Shown: in pieces, positions 1 through 6,088 of the stretch
How the letters are laid out: each line of letters starts with the position of its first letter
Numbering within the stretch: position 1 is the first letter of the stretch
DNA from: a virus
Lineage: Duplodnaviria > Heunggongvirae > Uroviricota > Caudoviricetes
IMG/VR virus record: IMGVR_UViG_2740892213_000014
DNA: 25,754 nt
Strand: one strand, 5' to 3'
The notes under the pieces: generated by a model
What the model saw: only the letters and a program-made list of their open reading frames with translations
What the model was told of the DNA's origin: nothing
The model's database searches: none
Translations under genes and position numbers: made by a program

Positions 1-993
1 CTAATCGATGGACAGTTTATGGACACTTTCAGCCAGCGGATTAAAGTTGATCGCGTCCAGTAAAAAGTCCGGCGAAAAATGAGCGTACGTCATTGTTTGC
101 TGAATCGTTGCGTGCCCCAGGATTCGTTGCAACGTAACAATATTTCCGCCATTCATCATAAAGTGTGTGGCAAATGTATGACGCATGACATGCGTAGCCT
201 GCCCCTTCGGCAAATCCGGTTTCACCTCCTGAAGAATCTCCCGGAACTTCAGATAATCAACCTGATACAATAACCCCGTTCGACGGGTTTTAATCAGAGG
301 CACGACCGAATCCGCCACAGGAACCGAACGGGATTTTCCGTTTTTGGTGTTAAAGAACGTCACCCGGTTGCCAACGATATGCTCTCCACGTAGTTCCGAT
401 GCTTCACTCCATCGGGCACCAGTAGAAAGACACAGAATGGCAACACGACGCGCATCACCCTCCAGTCGCTCAAGAAGCCGTTCAATCTCATCATCAGAAA
501 GAAAGGCCATCTCTGTGTTCTGAACTTTCAGTTTTCGTATACCGCGTACAGGGTTCGCGTTGTGAAAGACCTCAGCTTCAATCAGCACCGTGAACATGGT
601 AGACAGTACGCATAAGTCACGATTAATACTGGACGGCATTAATCCGGCCTGTAATTTCTCTGACCGATATTCAAGCATAAATTTTCGCGTCATCTGACTG
701 GCGCGAGGATCTCCCATTTCACGAACAACCTTCCCTAGCCTAACCCTGTAGCTATCCCCGTAAGCCTGATTACGCCCATCAAGCATCCACCACGCATCAA
801 GCAGCTCTGATAATCGCCGCTGATCAGCTGGCTTAGCCTGCCATGGCTTGTCATGAAAGTTCTGTAACACATACTTCTCAAACTCCTGAGCCTTTGATTT
901 CAGGGCAAAGATTTTTCGAATCCGCTTTCCTTCCGCCCCCTGCGGTCTGACATCGACCTGATAACGTCCGTCTTTGAGTTGCTTAATCGACAT
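1..993 (-). CDS. int: Phage tyrosine integrase (P2-type site-specific recombinase); stop codon at 1-3
   Basis: ORF track 1..1008 translation has tyrosine-recombinase C-terminal signature (…HVMRHTFATHF…LGHATIQQTMTYAH…). Start placed at ATG 993 (MSIKQ…) because the track start at 1008 is TTG, and a GGAGGGG Shine-Dalgarno lies just upstream of 993. Confidence 0.9.
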   Translation of the reverse strand: MSIKQLKDGRYQVDVRPQGAEGKRIRKIFALKSKAQEFEKYVLQNFHDKPWQAKPADQRRLSELLDAWWMLDGRNQAYGDSYRVRLGKVVREMGDPRASQMTRKFMLEYRSEKLQAGLMPSSINRDLCVLSTMFTVLIEAEVFHNANPVRGIRKLKVQNTEMAFLSDDEIERLLERLEGDARRVAILCLSTGARWSEASELRGEHIVGNRVTFFNTKNGKSRSVPVADSVVPLIKTRRTGLLYQVDYLKFREILQEVKPDLPKGQATHVMRHTFATHFMMNGGNIVTLQRILGHATIQQTMTYAHFSPDFLLDAINFNPLAESVHKLSID

Positions 994-1062
994 GATTAGC
1001 CCCTCCAACGGATAAATTAACTAAACACTCCTTGCGATATGTAATTCGCTCAATGTGTAGAG

Positions 1063-1404
1063 TCAGCCAACATTGCGGCCTGATCGGGGTGATTTTTGGG
1101 TAATACCGATTGAAACCTGATCGCCCTCCGACTGAATAGATCCATCAAGAGAGAGAGCCGGAGCAATCTGCCCGGCGACAGGTAGCGTCTTATCTTTTAT
1201 TAGCCACAGCATGTATTTTTCAAAGCGATCGACTTGCAGAACCGCCTCAACGATTTTTGCTCTAGCGTTCTTTTGCCCCGATTCGTAATTCCTTATGGTT
1301 GCCAAAGACAACCCAGTAATATCCGCAAACTGCTTTTGTGTTAACCCTTCCGCCTTACGTATCTGACGTAACTTTTTTGCGTAGTCTATTGACAAGATAA
1401 CCAT
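1063..1404 (-). CDS. C: Immunity repressor, P2 C-like (HTH)
   Basis: Start moved to internal ATG at 1404 (MVILSIDYAKKL…). HTH segment LTQKQFADITGLSLATIRNYESGQ and C-terminal GQIAPAL motif recalled from the P2 C repressor family. Adjacent to int and divergent from the cox-position gene. Confidence 0.75.
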   Translation of the reverse strand: MVILSIDYAKKLRQIRKAEGLTQKQFADITGLSLATIRNYESGQKNARAKIVEAVLQVDRFEKYMLWLIKDKTLPVAGQIAPALSLDGSIQSEGDQVSIGITQKSPRSGRNVG

Positions 1405-1447
1405 TTGAGTATTAACCTCTCGCACAAAGATAACCTTTTGGTTATCT
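1389..1447. promoter_or_regulatory. Immunity switch region: -35-like TTGACA (1389-1394) abutting half-site AGATAACC (1395-1402); perfect 20-bp palindrome AGATAACC-TTTT-GGTTATCT (1428-1447)
   Basis: Read directly from sequence. Three copies of an 8-mer lie between divergent repressor and cox-position genes, consistent with repressor/Cox operator sites in a P2/186-type switch. Confidence 0.45.
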
Positions 1448-1508
1448 TTACAAGCCAAAACAAACCATCACAAGGCGCGACAAGCGCACCAACGCAAGAG
1501 GATAACAA

Positions 1509-2030
1509 ATGCGGGACTTCATTGCCGATAAAGAGTTATCTGACCACCAACCACTTCAGGAAAGTGACGCACTCAGCGGATCCATTGATGCCGCCAACGA
1601 CGACGAGCACGAAGAAAACAAGAAAAAGCGTTCCTACAAAAAAGGAGCGACTTTGCGGCTGGATGGTCCGATCGCCGGGCTTTGCTCTCTGGAAAAAGGC
1701 GCGGCATATATTGGGCTAACAAAATCTGCACTGCGCGTAGCCATTCATCGCGGTCAAATGCCGGGACACAAGACGCGCACAAACCCGGAAGATGAAAACT
1801 CAGACGGAGTATGGTGGTTTAACGCCAAAGAGTGGGACAAGTTGGCTGATGAGCTACCAGAGCACGAGCCCCCAGAATGGCACAACTGGAAAAGTTACTG
1901 GACGTATGACCGCCAGAAAAGGAAGTTCTCTCCAGCTAATAAAGAAGACTGCCAGACCATTAACGGTAAGCGAGTTTATACAGGCAGAAGCTCAAAACTG
2001 GACCAACTCAGAAACAACAGAGGCAACTAA
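1509..2030 (+). CDS. Cox-position protein with excisionase/AlpA-like HTH, 173 aa (unusually long)
   Basis: AGAGGA RBS before ATG 1509. Central segment AAYIGLTKSALRVAIHRGQMPGHK resembles the Xis/AlpA-type HTH. Acidic N-terminal stretch and W-rich C-terminal part have no obvious P2 Cox equivalent. Confidence 0.55.
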   Translation: MRDFIADKELSDHQPLQESDALSGSIDAANDDEHEENKKKRSYKKGATLRLDGPIAGLCSLEKGAAYIGLTKSALRVAIHRGQMPGHKTRTNPEDENSDGVWWFNAKEWDKLADELPEHEPPEWHNWKSYWTYDRQKRKFSPANKEDCQTINGKRVYTGRSSKLDQLRNNRGN

Positions 2031-2034
2031 TCGT

Positions 2035-2457
2035 ATGAAAACAAACACGTCAGATTTCACAATAACTATTTCAAAAAATGACCAAGCATTAATTGATAAC
2101 CTGAAATACCTTGCGGAAAAACATAATAACGGACGAATTGCAATTAATTTACGACACATCACAGGAGTAACAATTGTAACCAGTTACTGGCATCTATATC
2201 TAATCGCTAAATCAGTACTTGAAAACAAAGATTCTGTTGTCAATGGAAGAGATATAGATACTCTTCCTGCACAAATCAAACCGATAGCCTATCAATTGCG
2301 TAATCGTTTTAAAAATGAAGGTGGGATTATATTTGACTTTCCCGCAGCTGTAGCCGTGAGCTTCTCTCGGGAGGATATACTTCACTCATTTCGTTTTGCT
2401 CTATCAGGTGACGAGACATTATGGCAGCTAGAAGATGCCGGGAGCAGCCCGGCATAA
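2035..2457 (+). CDS. Hypothetical protein, 140 aa, AT-rich moron
   Basis: Start moved from track 1792 to ATG 2035 (MKTNTSDF…), just after the stop of the previous gene. Upstream part of the track ORF overlaps the previous gene out of frame. Visibly AT-rich codon usage relative to flanks. Confidence 0.5.
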   Translation: MKTNTSDFTITISKNDQALIDNLKYLAEKHNNGRIAINLRHITGVTIVTSYWHLYLIAKSVLENKDSVVNGRDIDTLPAQIKPIAYQLRNRFKNEGGIIFDFPAAVAVSFSREDILHSFRFALSGDETLWQLEDAGSSPA

Positions 2458-2463
2458 ATCAAA

Positions 2464-2655
2464 TTAAAAATCAACCAGTTGTGTGACAGGTGGGTATTTA
2501 CGCTGAATTTTGTCAGTTACTAACGCCAGTAATATATGAATCTCTGCGTTTAATGCGTCTTTATCACCCGTCGTTTTTACCCTGGGAGGGTTAATGTTAT
2601 CCAGAGCAGCACTAAGTTCACTCAACAAATTAACAACTTTTTTATCTTCTGACAT
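2464..2655 (-). CDS. Hypothetical small protein, 63 aa, convergent with the 140-aa gene
   Basis: ORF track. AAGAGG Shine-Dalgarno on minus strand upstream of ATG 2655. 3' ends of the two genes are 6 nt apart. Confidence 0.45.
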   Translation of the reverse strand: MSEDKKVVNLLSELSAALDNINPPRVKTTGDKDALNAEIHILLALVTDKIQRKYPPVTQLVDF

Positions 2656-2792
2656 GAAAACCTCTTAACAATTTAATTAAACATAAGCCAGGACCTGAAC
2701 CGGCCAGTCCAAGTCCTAGACACACAAAAAAAATACCACAAATCAATACAAGGTGACACGAGTACACCTTACCGAAGGTACAGAGTTTTAAT

Positions 2793-3143
2793 ATGAAACT
2801 ACAGCGCAATTCTTCACAGCAGCGCTTCCGCAACGGTGCGGAACGCCATGCTAACCGTTTCGCTACCAGTGCATCACGTAGCAACTCTCGCTACAGCCTG
2901 AGCGAAACACACGCAACGCCGGATGGCTACCCAGTAAAACAAATTGGTGAACACACTTGGCTGATTGAAAAAGCAGGAATCGTGGTTCACAGATGCCAGC
3001 GCAACCCATTTACCGGAAACCGCATTTTTGCACTGAGCAACGGCGACAATCAGTTCGGGCAGGATTTCACATTGTACGAAGCACTTCGCACAGTTGATCG
3101 TCTGCTTCGCGGACAAAGTTTTATTAAACAGGCTGATTTATAA
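2793..3143 (+). CDS. Hypothetical early protein, 116 aa
   Basis: ORF track; same orientation as early operon; weak RBS. Confidence 0.5.
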   Translation: MKLQRNSSQQRFRNGAERHANRFATSASRSNSRYSLSETHATPDGYPVKQIGEHTWLIEKAGIVVHRCQRNPFTGNRIFALSNGDNQFGQDFTLYEALRTVDRLLRGQSFIKQADL

Positions 3144-3153
3144 CAGGTGCTTT

Positions 3154-3432
3154 ATGACCAAAGAGCATGCACAAGGTGTATTTATTCGTTTTATTGATTT
3201 TCGCGGTGAACTGTTATTACGCGCATCAGCTATTGATGGAGTCGTTCCATCCGAAAAAAATGCAGCTACTTACGTTTATCTGAACGGCACGCGCCTGACC
3301 GTAGAACTTCCGTACCAGACTGTACACGAAATCATTAGCGAAGCGGAAAAAGCACGTAAGACTAATGGCGATGAACCCTATATCGAAATTATTTGTATGG
3401 ATTCAGAAGCAGAAATTCAGAAAGCAGATTAA
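3154..3432 (+). CDS. Hypothetical early protein, 92 aa
   Basis: Start moved to ATG 3154 (MTKEHAQGVF…) with AGGTG RBS at 3144-3148. Confidence 0.55.
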   Translation: MTKEHAQGVFIRFIDFRGELLLRASAIDGVVPSEKNAATYVYLNGTRLTVELPYQTVHEIISEAEKARKTNGDEPYIEIICMDSEAEIQKAD

Positions 3433-3443
3433 AGGGCGTTGCG

Positions 3444-3686
3444 ATGGGCAAAGAATATAAAACTCTCATTAATAAAGCACTTGAGCGTTTTTATTTTCGC
3501 TTAAGTGCATCAGGCGCTCATGCTGAACGTGCAGCCCGTGACTCATTGACCAGGGCAATCCGGAGTCTGTATGACGTGGCTTTTTACGCTGATGATCTGG
3601 ATGCACTTAACGAACTTTCCGAGCTGATCTGTGCCGCAGAATGCGGGGAACATATTGAACCGTATAAGCTGGGGAATATTGCATGA
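3444..3686 (+). CDS. Hypothetical early protein, 80 aa
   Basis: Start moved to ATG 3444 (MGKEYKTL…); AAAGGG upstream. Confidence 0.5.
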   Translation: MGKEYKTLINKALERFYFRLSASGAHAERAARDSLTRAIRSLYDVAFYADDLDALNELSELICAAECGEHIEPYKLGNIA

Positions 3687-3796
3687 GTATATTTATCTCA
3701 TGGCTTGTTCTGATTATTTCGGTGGTCTGCGCCATTGGGATTATGCGAATTATTAATTCAGTGAAAAAGATCGAGCGTTTTTTCTCTGATGAATAA
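3683..3796 (+). CDS. Small hydrophobic ORF, 37 aa (MSIFISWLVLIISVVCAIGIMRIINSVKKIERFFSDE), predicted single transmembrane helix
   Basis: Translated by hand; not in ORF track (below its size cutoff). ATG 3683 overlaps TGA of upstream gene (ATGA coupling). Confidence 0.35.
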   Translation: MSIFISWLVLIISVVCAIGIMRIINSVKKIERFFSDE

Positions 3797-3888
3797 CGAT
3801 ACAAATAAAACATCAAATTAAATAAGAAAACGTGAAAACCATCCGTATTAACGGAGGTATTCGCACACGTAAATAATGGAGATATAAA

Positions 3889-4305
3889 ATGAACGCAAAA
3901 GAAGAAGGCATTATCAACACATTAAAAAAAATATCAGAAGCGGAAGATGAAATGGCTAAAGATGCCGTGAAGCGTAGCCAACATATGGCAGCACTTCACG
4001 CACTGACCATCGCAAAAATCACCGCTGACGCAGCCAAAATTATTGAGGAACAGGGCAAAGAAATCGACACTCTTAAAACACAGTCAACAGTTGCAGCCAT
4101 GAATCCGTCCAGCATTGGACGCCGCATTTACATTCTTGGTTCGGCAATAATGACGCAATACACCATTATTGCCGAACTGCACGGCAAATACCTGATAACG
4201 CCTTACCACACAAAGGAGTCAGAGCTTCTGACAAATCTCCGCCTGATAGAACGCTCTCAAGCTGTATTCATTGATGACGCGCAACGTGCCGTATTTAACG
4301 CATAG
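3889..4305 (+). CDS. Hypothetical early protein, 138 aa
   Basis: ORF track; GGAG RBS at 3876-3879. Confidence 0.55.
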   Translation: MNAKEEGIINTLKKISEAEDEMAKDAVKRSQHMAALHALTIAKITADAAKIIEEQGKEIDTLKTQSTVAAMNPSSIGRRIYILGSAIMTQYTIIAELHGKYLITPYHTKESELLTNLRLIERSQAVFIDDAQRAVFNA

Positions 4306-4328
4306 GGTTACTGGACAAAGGGGGCGCA

Positions 4329-4532
4329 ATGGCAATTAAGCATTTTCCCGTCGTTCGCTTTACCTCCAGAGGGCGCGAATACGAGGTCGACGAACGCCTG
4401 ATTACCACTATCGACAAACATCGTTCGGAAAAGGATGCACACCACATCTACCTCACTGACGGCACTTACTTCTGCGCCACCAACGTGGCGCGGGTGAATC
4501 TTATCCGACAGGTACAGGAGCCACGCAGATGA
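4329..4532 (+). CDS. Hypothetical early protein, 67 aa
   Basis: ORF track; AAGGGGG RBS upstream of ATG 4329. Confidence 0.5.
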   Translation: MAIKHFPVVRFTSRGREYEVDERLITTIDKHRSEKDAHHIYLTDGTYFCATNVARVNLIRQVQEPRR

Positions 4533-4795
4533 CCATTCTGGACTACATCGCTACTCATCCGGGGTGTAGCGGCGGAGAGATCGCCGCAGCACTGAATACT
4601 CCAACCACAGCCATTAATGCTGAGTTACGCCAACTTTGGCGCGGCGGCTTAGTCATCAGAACAAACCGCAGCACAGGTGGTCGCGCTCGCAAAACTGGAG
4701 GCCAGGCTTCTTACCACGTAAACCCGATGCCGTTCGGGTGTAGCAATCCACTTACTCACATGTTTAACCAGCTACTGAAGGAAGCCAGAGCATGA
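4529..4795 (+). CDS. Hypothetical protein, 88 aa, possible winged-helix DNA-binding fold
   Basis: ORF track; start overlaps stop of previous gene (coupled). HTH-like N-terminal segment; fold assignment is inference only. Confidence 0.5.
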   Translation: MTILDYIATHPGCSGGEIAAALNTPTTAINAELRQLWRGGLVIRTNRSTGGRARKTGGQASYHVNPMPFGCSNPLTHMFNQLLKEARA

Positions 4796-5091
4796 GCACC
4801 ATCAACCACCAGAAGCTACGCGAACTGGCATTTGCCCTGCAACGAATGGCAACGCCTCAAAAATTACTGGCATTTCGCGCAATGCTCTCGCCGTCTGCTG
4901 TGCTGGCATTGCTGGATGAGCTGGAGCACGCCAGAACCACGGCTCCTGCCATTCGCCTGACGCTCCATCATGAAATCGCTGATTTCTGCGCGACATTGGA
5001 GGCGCCAGGCGAACCGGAAACGCCGGAAGCAATACAGCAAGAGCTGCTGCAACGCATTGACAAGGTTTTTGATTTTTTTCTGAACCAGTAA
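4792..5091 (+). CDS. Hypothetical early protein, 99 aa
   Basis: ORF track; start overlaps stop of previous gene. Confidence 0.5.
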   Translation: MSTINHQKLRELAFALQRMATPQKLLAFRAMLSPSAVLALLDELEHARTTAPAIRLTLHHEIADFCATLEAPGEPETPEAIQQELLQRIDKVFDFFLNQ

Positions 5092-5213
5092 GAAACCAGA
5101 GCATGCACACACAAAAAAACCGCTTGCCATGCCGCAATCGGTCAGGTTACATTTCCGCTGCACCTCATAAAACGGGTGCCGGGATTCTCAACCCGATACA
5201 GAGCAAAGCGCAT

Positions 5214-5236
5214 AACCGCGCCAGCGGTTTTTTTGT
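5214..5236 (+). terminator. Candidate intrinsic terminator: stem AACCGC/GCGGTT, loop GCCA, then 7-T run
   Basis: Read directly from sequence at 5214-5234; lies in a ~320-bp non-coding gap inside the early operon. Confidence 0.45.
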
Positions 5237-5413
5237 GCGTACTGTATTGCCACGTCTTTTTCGCGTCAGAATTATGGCGGGGCGTACGGGGCCGACTTCG
5301 GTCGGGCCGGATTCTTTGCTCTCCGGTGTTGAGAACCCTGTACGTCTCGCCACCCCGAGATTCTCAACTCTGGATGGTGAGTTATTTCTATCACCGAGCA
5401 AAGAGGCCACACC

Positions 5414-5644
5414 ATGGCAAACCGCAAACAGCACCGCGCTATCGCGGAGCGTCGTCACATCCAGACTGAAATCAACCGCAGACTTTCCCGCGCATTCCGC
5501 GTCGCTAAAATCATGCACATCAATATGCTGCATGAGCGTAGCTGCGAACTTTCAAACCTCTACTCATCCGCTGTTTTCAGCTATCTGGCGGATGATCTGC
5601 GCGAGCTTCAACAGCTCATCCAGCAGCAAAACAAACTCCATTAA
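5414..5644 (+). CDS. Hypothetical early protein, 76 aa
   Basis: ORF track; AAGAGG RBS at 5401-5406. Confidence 0.55.
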   Translation: MANRKQHRAIAERRHIQTEINRRLSRAFRVAKIMHINMLHERSCELSNLYSSAVFSYLADDLRELQQLIQQQNKLH

Positions 5645-5716
5645 TTCCTGTTCCGGGCCTTTCCTGCACCTTGCGGCGGGAGGCCTTCGCACATCTGTAA
5701 CAAGAGGATTGCCGCA

Positions 5717-6082
5717 ATGATTCTCGCCAACGACTTTCTTGAATACCTGCTCAACACAGAGCGTGATCTTGCCGCTCGCGTACGTGATCGTTATGACATG
5801 TATCTGAAATCCCTGCCTGTGCCGCAGCTCGCTGACGGAAAGATTGTTATTGATGGTCGCTACATGATTGACAGCCACGAGGGAAATTACAGGCTTTACC
5901 GCATTGAAGGTGGCACCCCGTCCGTTATTGGCATTTACCAGCGCCCATCCTCTGCAATCGTCGATGTGATTGCCGACAGCATCCGCATCACACATCGCCA
6001 TGCCGACACAGAAGACACCGTGCTGGAAATTCAGCGGCTGGCTGCCGTCTGCCGCGACACCCTGAATGGCATGACGAAGTAA
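5717..6082 (+). CDS. Hypothetical early protein, 121 aa
   Basis: ORF track; AGAGGA RBS upstream; immediately precedes gene A. Confidence 0.55.
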   Translation: MILANDFLEYLLNTERDLAARVRDRYDMYLKSLPVPQLADGKIVIDGRYMIDSHEGNYRLYRIEGGTPSVIGIYQRPSSAIVDVIADSIRITHRHADTEDTVLEIQRLAAVCRDTLNGMTK

Positions 6083-6088
6083 ATCACT

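Noticed and set aside
1405-2034. Track ORFs 1405..1719 (+), 1573..1782 (-) and the 5' part of 1792..2457 (+)
   Set aside because: They overlap the repressor or the cox-position gene out of frame; only the part downstream of ATG 2035 is kept as a gene.
5103-5720. 205-aa plus-strand ORF spanning the non-coding island
   Set aside because: Crosses a terminator-like hairpin and overlaps the RBS-supported 76-aa gene out of frame; more likely structured RNA or regulatory DNA.
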